This document shows positions 1 through 8,480 of a DNA stretch of 61,518 nucleotides, one piece after another (positions within the stretch are counted from its first letter, which is position 1; every line of letters begins with the position of its first letter). Position numbers and translations under genes: made by a program. Below the pieces are notes generated by a model that was given only the letters and a program-made list of their open reading frames with translations, was not told where the DNA came from and did not search any database. The DNA is from a virus (Duplodnaviria; Caudoviricetes), in the IMG/VR virus record IMGVR_UViG_3300020595_000037, positions 1 to 61,518 of that record; one strand, 5' to 3'.

Positions 1-148
1 ACTAATAAGTCGAATGTACCGTATCATGCTTGGTACAGAGGATATACCTACAAGTACACATCGAAACAAAATAATGAAGGGTAAAACCTATATGGATAAA
101 GTTATGATTACATCCATTAATAATGTTAACAAAGATAAAAACCGATAA
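1..148 (+). CDS. 3' end of a hypothetical protein (truncated by window)
   Basis: Frame 2 is open from the window start (LISRMYRIMLGTEDIP...KDKNR) to TAA at 146-148. Confidence 0.6.
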   Translation, partial: LISRMYRIMLGTEDIPTSTHRNKIMKGKTYMDKVMITSINNVNKDKNR

Positions 149-150
149 TC

Positions 151-255
151 ATGGGAAAAAAAGAAAAAAAAGTAGAGGTAAAAGAATTATCTCCTATTGA
201 CAAAAAGATTGCTAAGCTAAAAGAAGTTATTAAAAAATTAGAAGCTAAAAAATAA
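151..255 (+). CDS. 34-aa Lys/Glu-rich hypothetical protein
   Basis: ATG 151 to TAA 255 fills the gap between neighbours; too short for the ORF track. Confidence 0.5.
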   Translation: MGKKEKKVEVKELSPIDKKIAKLKEVIKKLEAKK

Positions 256-259
256 AGCT

Positions 260-943
260 ATGATCAATCCTAACAAATTTGCTAATCAAAAAATACAAGA
301 ACTAGGTCAAAACCTTTTTCAAGGTGAAGAGTTTGCTCAGCAAATAGCCAACAAACAATTAGACCAGCCAGTTCCACCTCCAGGCCCTTATGGTGATATA
401 AATCCTATTATGAATAAAGATAGTAGAGAGGCTAGAAGACAAGAGAGAAAAAATATCAGAATGGCCAACAAAGGTTTACGTCAAGCTAGAAGAGAAAGAG
501 CTAAAGGTGTAAAAGAGCAAGGTCAAGAAAATTATAGCTATGATGGTTATGAAAAAGGTAGATATAATAAAAAAGGTGATGATATAGAATATGGTAAAAC
601 ACCTAGATATTCTAAAAAAAATCCACCAAGTGGAAGTGATGCTAGTTTTGGTATTAGTGGTTATGTAAATGATAAAAAGCAATTTAAAAGTGCTTTAAAT
701 CAAGGTACAGAATCTAAATACAAAATGGTAAACGTACAAGATTTAGAAGACATGGGAGCTGTAAAATCTGATAAAAAAGGCAAATATGTTGTTAATTCTG
801 ATGAAATGAAAACTGGAACACCTAGAGATACATTAAGACTACCAAGAGGCGCTAAGCATTACACAGGTAGAGATTATAAAGTTGGAGAATTAATTGATGA
901 AAGTGATTTTGAAGACTTTGCAAAAGACGTAAATAAAAAATAA
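260..943 (+). CDS. Basic hydrophilic hypothetical protein
   Basis: 227-aa ORF in a tightly packed operon; no recognisable motif. Confidence 0.7.
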   Translation: MINPNKFANQKIQELGQNLFQGEEFAQQIANKQLDQPVPPPGPYGDINPIMNKDSREARRQERKNIRMANKGLRQARRERAKGVKEQGQENYSYDGYEKGRYNKKGDDIEYGKTPRYSKKNPPSGSDASFGISGYVNDKKQFKSALNQGTESKYKMVNVQDLEDMGAVKSDKKGKYVVNSDEMKTGTPRDTLRLPRGAKHYTGRDYKVGELIDESDFEDFAKDVNKK

Positions 944-947
944 TATT

Positions 948-1178
948 ATGGCAAAAAACCCAGGACAAGTTGGTGCTAACGCAACGTGGGACGGACCCCA
1001 CCAACCAACTAATTTAAAAGAAGGAAATCCAAGATATGGTATGGATCCAATGCAGGTATTAAAAGATCCACTACCTTATAAAGCAGGACCAATATCTTCT
1101 ATAGCTAAATCTAAGCTTGGAGGTGGTTGGCCTGACAGTATGGTTGCTGACAGATCTATAAATACAACAGCAAAGTAA
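948..1178 (+). CDS. Hypothetical protein
   Basis: 76-aa ORF with A-rich start context, operon packing. Confidence 0.65.
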   Translation: MAKNPGQVGANATWDGPHQPTNLKEGNPRYGMDPMQVLKDPLPYKAGPISSIAKSKLGGGWPDSMVADRSINTTAK

Positions 1179-1190
1179 AAATTCACTAAA

Positions 1191-1655
1191 ATGAGTGATA
1201 GAATAAGTGAACACATATCTCTTAAAGAAGGTATTAAATCTCACACAGCTACTAGGTTAAATATTGACAATATACCTAGAGAATTAGATTTAATTAACAT
1301 GAAAACTATTGCAGAACAAGTGTTTGAACCTCTACGTAAATGGGTGGGTGGTCCAATCGCTATTAATAGTTTCTATCGCTCGCCCAAATTAAATTCTGCT
1401 ATTGGCGGAAGTACAACCTCACAGCATTGTATTGGTTGTGCACTTGACATAGACGATAACTACGGTTATAAGACAAATGCAGAGATGTATGATTATATTA
1501 AGAATAACTTAGATTATGATCAGATTATTTGGGAGTTTGGAACAGAAGATAACCCAGACTGGGTACATGTAAGTTATGTTTCAGAAGATGCTAATAGAAG
1601 AAGATGTTTACAAGCTTATAAAGAAAATGGTAAAACTAAATATAAAATAATATGA
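1191..1655 (+). CDS. Peptidase M15 family Zn peptidase, probable endolysin
   Basis: SFYRSPKLN..IGG..SQH.xG.AxD and WVHVS zinc-ligand motifs. Confidence 0.88.
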   Translation: MSDRISEHISLKEGIKSHTATRLNIDNIPRELDLINMKTIAEQVFEPLRKWVGGPIAINSFYRSPKLNSAIGGSTTSQHCIGCALDIDDNYGYKTNAEMYDYIKNNLDYDQIIWEFGTEDNPDWVHVSYVSEDANRRRCLQAYKENGKTKYKII

Positions 1656-1777
1656 ATTCACCTTTTTTTAAAAAAATGATGAAAAACCCGTGCTGGAAAG
1701 GTTATGAAGCTTATGGTATGAAGACTAAAAACGGTAGAAAAGTACCTAATTGTGTTCCTAAGAAAAAGAAAAAGTAA
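1652..1777 (+). CDS. 41-aa basic protein with CWKGY...VPNCVP motif
   Basis: MNSPFFKKMMKNPCWKGYEAYGMKTKNGRKVPNCVPKKKKK; ATGA and TAATG overlaps with both neighbours. Confidence 0.75.
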   Translation: MNSPFFKKMMKNPCWKGYEAYGMKTKNGRKVPNCVPKKKKK

Positions 1778-2052
1778 TGGCTTTTAAATTACCTAACGGA
1801 CCACTTAACATGCGTAAAACTACACAAGGTAAGGGTAGAACTTTTAGAAAAGCTGAGGAAGGGGCTGGTATGACTGAAACAGGTGTTAAGCAATATAGAA
1901 AAGAAAACCCTGGAAGTAAATTAAAAACTGCAGTTACTGGTAAAGTTAAACCAGGAAGTAAAGCTGCTAAAAGAAGAAAATCATTCTGCGCTAGATCAAA
2001 AGGCTGGACCGGTGAAAGAGGTAGAGCTGCTAGAAGAAGGTGGAAATGTTAA
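1777..2052 (+). CDS. Small basic phage protein (resembles DUF6321-type family)
   Basis: GV..YR.ENPGSKL.TAVT...RRKSFCAR...RRRWKC pattern; MAFK N-terminus. Confidence 0.7.
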   Translation: MAFKLPNGPLNMRKTTQGKGRTFRKAEEGAGMTETGVKQYRKENPGSKLKTAVTGKVKPGSKAAKRRKSFCARSKGWTGERGRAARRRWKC

Positions 2053-2072
2053 ATAAAAAAAAATAAAAAAAA

Positions 2073-2591
2073 ATGATTAGAAATTATTACACTGACTCTT
2101 ATAAGTCTGGATTAGCTGTAACACCAAGTGATACACTATTATTAGATGGCAGAACAAAATCAACAACACCACAAAGCTCGTGGAAACAATATAATTTATA
2201 TGTTGGTAATTCACCATCAATATTACCAGTTACAACAACTAGTGATAACACTGTTGTTTCAAACTCAGCTAATGTAGGTTTAGCTTCACCTAACGCAGAA
2301 ATAAAAGCTGGCATGAGAGTAACAGGTGGTACATTACCTGCGGCTGGTGTTTTAATAGCATCTGTAACAGACGCAAGTAATTACGTTTTAGCAACTGCTT
2401 CAAGTATAGCTGCTGATTCAACTCTCACATATAGTTATGATGAAGTAGCGTCTATAAAAGTTCACACTGTTAATGATGAAGCAATAACATTTGTAAAACC
2501 TGCTGAAGGTTTTGTATTACCAGTAAGTGTAGTTATGGTTTATGCTACGGGTACAGGTGGTGGAATTTCAGATCTAATAGCTTTAAGTTAA
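2073..2591 (+). CDS. Putative head spike base/decoration protein with internal insertion
   Basis: AVTPSD, LYVG, ITF..PAEG.VLPV.V..VYATGT and DLIAL resemble the GTA head-spike base protein family. Confidence 0.55.
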   Translation: MIRNYYTDSYKSGLAVTPSDTLLLDGRTKSTTPQSSWKQYNLYVGNSPSILPVTTTSDNTVVSNSANVGLASPNAEIKAGMRVTGGTLPAAGVLIASVTDASNYVLATASSIAADSTLTYSYDEVASIKVHTVNDEAITFVKPAEGFVLPVSVVMVYATGTGGGISDLIALS

Positions 2592-2614
2592 AAATAAATA
2601 TAAAAAACAATATT

Positions 2615-2770
2615 ATGCCGAACATTAGTAAAAAAACAGCTTACGACGTAAAAGAAGCAAGCAATCAGTCACTTTCTAAAAGTGCAAGAAAACATTATGC
2701 AGAAAATGCACAAGCAGGTTCTAAATCAGATTCAAAGCATGGCTCTTGGATTTCTAAACATATGTCTTAG
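2615..2770 (+). CDS. 51-aa basic hypothetical protein
   Basis: MPNISKKTAYDVKEA...WISKHMS, ATG 2615 to TAG 2770, A-rich leader. Confidence 0.65.
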   Translation: MPNISKKTAYDVKEASNQSLSKSARKHYAENAQAGSKSDSKHGSWISKHMS

Positions 2771-2772
2771 TT

Positions 2773-3681
2773 ATGGGAAAATATAAACACGAAGGAAAAG
2801 GCAGGAACATCTCAGTAAGTGGTGGCCAAGAAAGAAAAGATCTATTTAAAGATATGTCTGGAGGTTATAACGCCATGGGTGACTCAAATAGCCCTAATTA
2901 TAAATATGACGGAAGCGCATTTAAACAAAGATATAGTTCACCTATGGAAAAGTATGGACCATTAAAAGGTAATGCTTTTGGTCACGCTATGCAAAAAGCT
3001 GGAGGTGATTACGATAAAGCAAAATCTATGTTAGAAATGAAAGGATCACATTCACCGACTTACAAAACTGGTTGTGTTAGTGGTAGTGGTTCTAATGCTC
3101 CTTATAAATTAATGGGAGATCCTAATAAAAAAATGGACAGATTATCTGCTAAACATAAATCACTTTATGATCGTTTTGAAATGGGTCAAACTAGTGAAGC
3201 TGAAGAACAAAGAATGTATAGACTAGAAGATCGCATGGATAAAGTAGGGAAAAAAATAAAAAAGTCTAAAAAATCTCCACTTAATCAAGGTAAAAAAGAG
3301 GTTAAAACTTTAGGAGAAAAAGAAACTAGACAAGATCGTAGAGCAGGTAAAGATAATCTAAGACAAGGTTATTTTGGCATTGGTGGTGATGATCCTAAAA
3401 AAACAAAACTACAAAGAGATGCTAAAGAAAGAACTAGTGATCCTGATTATAAAAAACCTAAAGCAAAAACTTTAAAAAAATCTCCACTTAACCAAGGTTT
3501 TGATGGCGATAAGGCTTTAAAAACCTTACCCGGTGGAAACTATCCAAAACCACCATTTAAGCCTGGTGTAAAAGCTGATGAAGATAGAACAAAAAAAGAT
3601 AAAAGAAAACATAAAAGAACCATGAAAAAACTTGGTCGACTTACAAAAAAAATAGTTTCAAAAAGTACAAGTAAAAAATAA
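2773..3681 (+). CDS. Lys-rich low-complexity protein with repeated (S/A)Pxx(K/Q) motifs
   Basis: 302-aa ORF; SPNYK, SPMEK, SPTYK, APYK and two copies of KKSPLNQG. Confidence 0.7.
   Translation: MGKYKHEGKGRNISVSGGQERKDLFKDMSGGYNAMGDSNSPNYKYDGSAFKQRYSSPMEKYGPLKGNAFGHAMQKAGGDYDKAKSMLEMKGSHSPTYKTGCVSGSGSNAPYKLMGDPNKKMDRLSAKHKSLYDRFEMGQTSEAEEQRMYRLEDRMDKVGKKIKKSKKSPLNQGKKEVKTLGEKETRQDRRAGKDNLRQGYFGIGGDDPKKTKLQRDAKERTSDPDYKKPKAKTLKKSPLNQGFDGDKALKTLPGGNYPKPPFKPGVKADEDRTKKDKRKHKRTMKKLGRLTKKIVSKSTSKK
3268..3498 (+). repeat. Direct repeat aaaaaatctccacttaaYcaaggt at 3268-3291 and 3475-3498
   Basis: Two 24-nt copies with one mismatch, both encoding KKSPLNQG. Confidence 0.85.
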
Positions 3682-3726
3682 ATAACAACAATCAATAAAC
3701 ATTAACAACAAACAAAAACAATTATT

Positions 3727-4014
3727 ATGGCAAAATTTATTTCAATTCCATCAAGCGGTTCGGGAATCGCAGGTGGTGACATCCTAGTAGGTGCAGACTT
3801 AATAACAGGAGTAGTTCAAGCAAGTTCTACTACTGTAGTTATCTATTTAGCAGGAGGTGCTGGTGGAGATGTGTGTACAATTACTCACGGCACAGTTAGC
3901 AAACCTTCAGTAAGAGATGCAGTTAACTATGCATTAACAGCTAATCCTGGAGGCGTAAAAGCTAAAGTTAAACTTCCTTCTGGAATAGAAGTTTCAGGAG
4001 TAGTATTCGCTTAA
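3727..4014 (+). CDS. Small Gly/Ala/Val-rich putative virion protein
   Basis: 95-aa ORF, beta-rich composition, A-rich leader. Confidence 0.65.
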   Translation: MAKFISIPSSGSGIAGGDILVGADLITGVVQASSTTVVIYLAGGAGGDVCTITHGTVSKPSVRDAVNYALTANPGGVKAKVKLPSGIEVSGVVFA

Positions 4015-4166
4015 TGAAACCAAAAGGCTTAGGTGATAGAATAGAAGATTTCACTAAAGCAACTGGTATTAAAAAAGTTGTTGATTCAGTGTCACAGGGT
4101 TTAAACATACCCTGTGGCTGTCAACAGCGTAAAGAAAAACTTAATAAATTATTTCCTGGAAAGTAA
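4014..4166 (+). CDS. 50-aa protein with GLGD...CGC..R...LN motif
   Basis: MKPKGLGDRIEDFTKATGIKKVVD...PCGCQQRKEKLNKLFPGK; TAATG overlaps at both ends. Confidence 0.75.
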   Translation: MKPKGLGDRIEDFTKATGIKKVVDSVSQGLNIPCGCQQRKEKLNKLFPGK

Positions 4167-4474
4167 TGGCTTTTAAAATTAATCCACCATACGTTATAGA
4201 CAACACCCCGATTTACAATGTAGATTTAGAGGATGGTGTGTTAGGAAAAGCAGACAGAAACGGAAGTATTTTAATAAATAAAAATATTAAAGATCCAAAA
4301 CAAATTGAAGATGTCGTTAGGCATGAGAAAGTTCATATTGATCAAATGAAACGAGGAGATTTGGATTATGATGATAGTGCAGTTTACTGGAGAGGTAAAC
4401 GTTATTCAAGAAAAACAATGGAGGAAGGTGCTAAAAACCTACCTTGGGAAAAAGAAGCTTATGCCAAATCCTAA
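4166..4474 (+). CDS. Small zincin-like metallopeptidase
   Basis: VVRHEKVH (HExxH) with distal PWEKEAY glutamate and upstream GKA..G.ILIN strands. Confidence 0.7.
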   Translation: MAFKINPPYVIDNTPIYNVDLEDGVLGKADRNGSILINKNIKDPKQIEDVVRHEKVHIDQMKRGDLDYDDSAVYWRGKRYSRKTMEEGAKNLPWEKEAYAKS

Positions 4475-4922
4475 AAAAAAATTTAAAGACACAACAGTAG
4501 GTAAACTATTATTCGGTGCTGCATCATTAGTTAACCCTGCATTAGGCAGTGTGTTAAGTGGTGTAACTTCACCTGCTGAAGCTATTGCTGCTATCGGTAA
4601 ATCTGATGTAAGTGGTGAAGACAAAATAAAATTACAACAGCTTATATTTGAACAACAGAATAAAGAAATGGAAGCTGTTACATCAAGATGGCAAGCTGAT
4701 TCAATATCAGATTCATGGCTTTCTAAAAACGTGCGCCCATTAGTTTTAGTGTGGTGTATTGTTATATTCTCACTAGCTGGAATATTAGATAGCGTGGAAT
4801 CAATACCATTTAACATAGGTGTTACATGGAACGATACATTTGAAAAAGTAATGATGGCTGTTGTTTTAGCATATTTTGGCGGGCGCACAACTGAAAAAGC
4901 TACAAGTTTATTTAAAAAATAA
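4461..4922 (+). CDS. Putative holin (3-TM, GTA-holin-like)
   Basis: RW.AD..SDSWLSKNVRP followed by TM segments and YFGGR; start moved to ATG 4461 to avoid a long overlap. Confidence 0.75.
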   Translation: MPNPKKKFKDTTVGKLLFGAASLVNPALGSVLSGVTSPAEAIAAIGKSDVSGEDKIKLQQLIFEQQNKEMEAVTSRWQADSISDSWLSKNVRPLVLVWCIVIFSLAGILDSVESIPFNIGVTWNDTFEKVMMAVVLAYFGGRTTEKATSLFKK

Positions 4923-4930
4923 ATAAAACC

Positions 4931-4940
4931 TGTAACTATA
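4931..4940 (+). promoter_or_regulatory. Candidate late/middle promoter motif TGTAACTATA
   Basis: Intergenic; identical 10-mer at 14404 and variants at 21183, 34156, 43934 (minus) and 52712. Confidence 0.4.
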
Positions 4941-4981
4941 TTAATAAATAAATAATTAAGTTAAATTAAATTAAATTAAAA

Positions 4982-5224
4982 ATGGAAATTAAAAAAGACC
5001 AATTAGAAAAAATCCAAGGATTTCAAAAAGAATTAAACAAATTGTTAAATGAAACTGGATTTTTAGAAGCCCAAAAAACCGCGGTATTATCTAAGTTTCA
5101 CGAAGTTAATCAGGAAACTGAAGACTTCAAAAAAGAACTTGAAGAAGAGTACGGATCGATTAACATTAATCTTGAAGACGGTACTTACACTCCTATCGAA
5201 AAAGAAGAAGACAAAAAGGAGTAA
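4982..5224 (+). CDS. Small acidic coiled-coil protein
   Basis: 80-aa ORF, heptad pattern ending YG..NINL.DG. Confidence 0.7.
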   Translation: MEIKKDQLEKIQGFQKELNKLLNETGFLEAQKTAVLSKFHEVNQETEDFKKELEEEYGSININLEDGTYTPIEKEEDKKE

Positions 5225-5451
5225 TGTCATCTGTTATTAGAAAGATCAGTATAGGATCTGATTACAAAACAGATGCTATGCATTATTCTTTGACTCAGTC
5301 GGTATATGGAGGTCACACTATATCTCATATACTCTTTGATTCAAAAGATAATTCTTATAACATTTACATTAAAAAGAACAGCGAAGTATTGCCGTGGAAG
5401 AAGTTTAATTCTAACATGGCAATATCAGTTGAATATGATTTAGAATACTAA
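5224..5451 (+). CDS. Hypothetical protein
   Basis: 75-aa ORF coupled by TAATG on both sides. Confidence 0.7.
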   Translation: MSSVIRKISIGSDYKTDAMHYSLTQSVYGGHTISHILFDSKDNSYNIYIKKNSEVLPWKKFNSNMAISVEYDLEY

Positions 5452-6056
5452 TGAAAAGTATATTTGATTTTATCGTTGAGCCTTATGGCCAGCGATATAA
5501 TAATGAAGTTAAAGTAGGTGACAAAAGCCTTATAATTAACACTCAATCAGAAAGTTTTAAATCAGTAAATAATATAGCTAAAGTTATAGCGGTACCAAAA
5601 GCATTTAAAACACCTATTAAAAAAGGTGATTTAATTATGATACATCATAATGTGTTTAGAAGATTTTATGATATACGAGGTGAAGAAAAAAATAGTAGAT
5701 CGTATTTTAAAAATGGTTTATATTTTGTTCAATTAAATCAAGTATATTTATACAAATCTAAAGACAGGTGGAAAGCTTTTGGTGATAGATGCTTTATAAG
5801 TCCAATTCATAACAATGATGATATAGACGCTAATTTAGAAGAACGCCTTGTTGGTATATTAAAATATGGTAATAGTTCATTAGAAGCGTTAAAAATCAAC
5901 GAGGGAGACCTTGTAGGTTATTCACCGTTTGGTGAGTTTGATTTTGTAGTTGATGGCAAGCGTCTTTATTGTATGAAATCAAATGATATTGTAATTAAGT
6001 ATGAACGTCAAGGAAACGAAACAGAATATAATCCTAGCTGGGCACAAAGCAGTTGA
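5451..6056 (+). CDS. Tandem GroES/Cpn10-like co-chaperonin
   Basis: Two repeats of the Cpn10 pattern (AKVIAVP..IKKGDLI; GILKYG..INEGDLVGY...VDGKRLYCMKSNDI). Confidence 0.6.
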   Translation: MKSIFDFIVEPYGQRYNNEVKVGDKSLIINTQSESFKSVNNIAKVIAVPKAFKTPIKKGDLIMIHHNVFRRFYDIRGEEKNSRSYFKNGLYFVQLNQVYLYKSKDRWKAFGDRCFISPIHNNDDIDANLEERLVGILKYGNSSLEALKINEGDLVGYSPFGEFDFVVDGKRLYCMKSNDIVIKYERQGNETEYNPSWAQSS

Positions 6057-6276
6057 GGAACTTATTAAGGTAGCAAAAGAAGCTATAGTTGATTCTGATG
6101 ATGATATATCAGCTGATAGATTAAAAAACGCTGCTGCAACTAAAAAGTTAGCTATATTTGATGCTTTTGAAATACTAAATCGTATTAAAGAAGAAGAGGA
6201 TATGTTAAATGATAAACCAAAAGAAGAAAAGAAAACTGAAGCTTTTGGAGGTTTTGCAGAAAGAAGATCTAAGTAA
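6001..6276 (+). CDS. Putative terminase small subunit
   Basis: Small helical protein coupled (TAATG) to the large terminase; positional call. Confidence 0.45.
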   Translation: MNVKETKQNIILAGHKAVEELIKVAKEAIVDSDDDISADRLKNAAATKKLAIFDAFEILNRIKEEEDMLNDKPKEEKKTEAFGGFAERRSK

Positions 6277-8480
6277 TGTATAAGCAAACGTTATATAAAG
6301 TAATTGATCACATAAAACCTCATGTAATAAAAAGATTAAATAAATCTAAAAAGTGGGATTATGGTTATAACAAAGAACATGATGTTATTGTTATATCTAA
6401 AACAGGTCAGATAGGTGAGATATACGAAATACAAAACTTAAAAATAGCATTACCAAAAGAGAAAGATGTTAACAAGGATTATGACAAATGGCAAGTACAT
6501 GAATATCCTAAAACATTAAAAAAAATTAAAACAATATTTGACTGGAAACAATATCCAGATGATTTTAAAGAAAAATGGTATGGGTATATTGATAGAGAAT
6601 TTGCTAGGCGCCACGAAGGTTACTGGTTCATTAATCAGGGTAAAGCTACTTATATTACTGGTACTCATTACATGTACCTGCAGTGGTCCAAGATTGATGT
6701 TGGGCAAGCAGATTTTAGGGAAGCAAACAGATTATTCTTTATATTCTGGGAAGCTTGTAAAGCAGATAAACGTTGCTACGGAATGTGCTACCTCAAAAAC
6801 AGACGGTCTGGTTTTTCATTCATGGCATCAGGCGAAACTGTCAACCTTGCCACTATCTCTAGTGATGCTAGATACGGTGTATTATCAAAGTCTGGGGCTG
6901 ATGCAAAGAAAATGTTTACCGATAAAATCGTACCAATTTCCGTCAACTATCCGTTTTTCTTCAAACCGATTCAAGACGGTATGGATCGACCGAAAACAGA
7001 ACTTGCATACAGAGTTCCTGCTAGTAGATTTACAAGACGTAAACTAGATAGCAATGAACAGTTAGAAGAATTAGAAGGATTAGATACAACTATTGACTGG
7101 AAGAATACAGGAGACAACAGTTATGATGGTGAAAAATTAAAATTACTTGTACACGATGAATCTGGTAAGTGGGAAAAACCTGATAATATATTAAACAACT
7201 GGAGGGTTACAAAAACTTGTTTACGATTAGGTTCTAGAATTATAGGTAAGTGTATGATGGGTTCAACGTCGAATGCTTTAGATAAAGGAGGTAGAAATTA
7301 TAAAAAATTGTATGATGACTCAGACGTTACCAGAAGAAACCGCAACGGGCAGACTAGCTCGGGATTATATAGCTTGTTCATTCCTATGGAGTGGAATTAC
7401 GAAGGATACATTGATTCTTATGGATTACCTGTCTTTGAGACACCGGAAGAACCTAAAAAAGGGCCAGATGGTTTCCCCATTGAAATCGGTGTTATCGAAC
7501 ACTGGGAAAACGAAGTAGATGGCCTTAAGAATGATCCTGATGCACTTAATGAATTATATAGACAGTTTCCACGTACAGAGAAACATGCTTTCAGAGATGA
7601 AACAAAACAATCACTGTTTAATCTTACAAAAATCTATGAACAAATAGATTATAATGAAGATTTAAAACACTCAAATGTTGTTACACAGGGTAATTTTATG
7701 TGGGAAGGTGGGATTAAAGATACAAGCGTTCAATTTGTTCCTAGTAAACAAGGTAGGTTTATAGTGTCTTGGGTTCCAGATGTTCAACAACAAAATAGAT
7801 TTATTATTAAAAATGGTATGAAGTATCCTGCTAATGAGCATATGGGTGCTTTTGGTTGTGATAGTTATGATATATCAGGAACTGTAGATGGTAGAGGATC
7901 TAAAGGTGCGTTGCACGGTTTAACTAAGTTTACTATGGATACTTGTCCACCTAACTTATTTTTTTTAGAATATATAGCTAGACCACAAACTGCTGAAACA
8001 TTTTTTGAAGATGTGCTTATGGCTTTACATTTTTATGGTATGCCCATATTAGCAGAGAATAATAAACCTAGATTATTATATCATTTAAAAAGAAGAGGTT
8101 ATAGAGGTTACTCTATGAACAGACCAGACAAAACAGCATATAAATTATCTGTAACGGAAAAAGAAATAGGTGGTATACCTAATTCAAGTGAAGATGTTAA
8201 GCAAGCTCATGCCGCAGCTATTGAATCTTATATTGAAATGTTTATAGGATATAATAATGAGCAGTATGGAACAATGTATTTTCAAAGAACATTAGAAGAT
8301 TGGGCTGCATTTGATATAAATAAAAGAACAAAACATGATGCATCTATAAGCTCTGGTTTAGCTATCATGGCTTGCAATAAAAATAAATATAGACCTATAC
8401 CGGAACATATAAAAGAAAAAGTAAGTTTAAGTTTTTCTAAGTATGACAACAAAGGTTCAAAATCAAAAATAATTAATTAG
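6276..8480 (+). CDS. terL: Terminase large subunit
   Basis: KNRRSGFS Walker A, LLVHDESGK Walker B, GST coupling motif, FGCDSY and KHD nuclease motifs. Confidence 0.92.
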   Translation: MYKQTLYKVIDHIKPHVIKRLNKSKKWDYGYNKEHDVIVISKTGQIGEIYEIQNLKIALPKEKDVNKDYDKWQVHEYPKTLKKIKTIFDWKQYPDDFKEKWYGYIDREFARRHEGYWFINQGKATYITGTHYMYLQWSKIDVGQADFREANRLFFIFWEACKADKRCYGMCYLKNRRSGFSFMASGETVNLATISSDARYGVLSKSGADAKKMFTDKIVPISVNYPFFFKPIQDGMDRPKTELAYRVPASRFTRRKLDSNEQLEELEGLDTTIDWKNTGDNSYDGEKLKLLVHDESGKWEKPDNILNNWRVTKTCLRLGSRIIGKCMMGSTSNALDKGGRNYKKLYDDSDVTRRNRNGQTSSGLYSLFIPMEWNYEGYIDSYGLPVFETPEEPKKGPDGFPIEIGVIEHWENEVDGLKNDPDALNELYRQFPRTEKHAFRDETKQSLFNLTKIYEQIDYNEDLKHSNVVTQGNFMWEGGIKDTSVQFVPSKQGRFIVSWVPDVQQQNRFIIKNGMKYPANEHMGAFGCDSYDISGTVDGRGSKGALHGLTKFTMDTCPPNLFFLEYIARPQTAETFFEDVLMALHFYGMPILAENNKPRLLYHLKRRGYRGYSMNRPDKTAYKLSVTEKEIGGIPNSSEDVKQAHAAAIESYIEMFIGYNNEQYGTMYFQRTLEDWAAFDINKRTKHDASISSGLAIMACNKNKYRPIPEHIKEKVSLSFSKYDNKGSKSKIIN

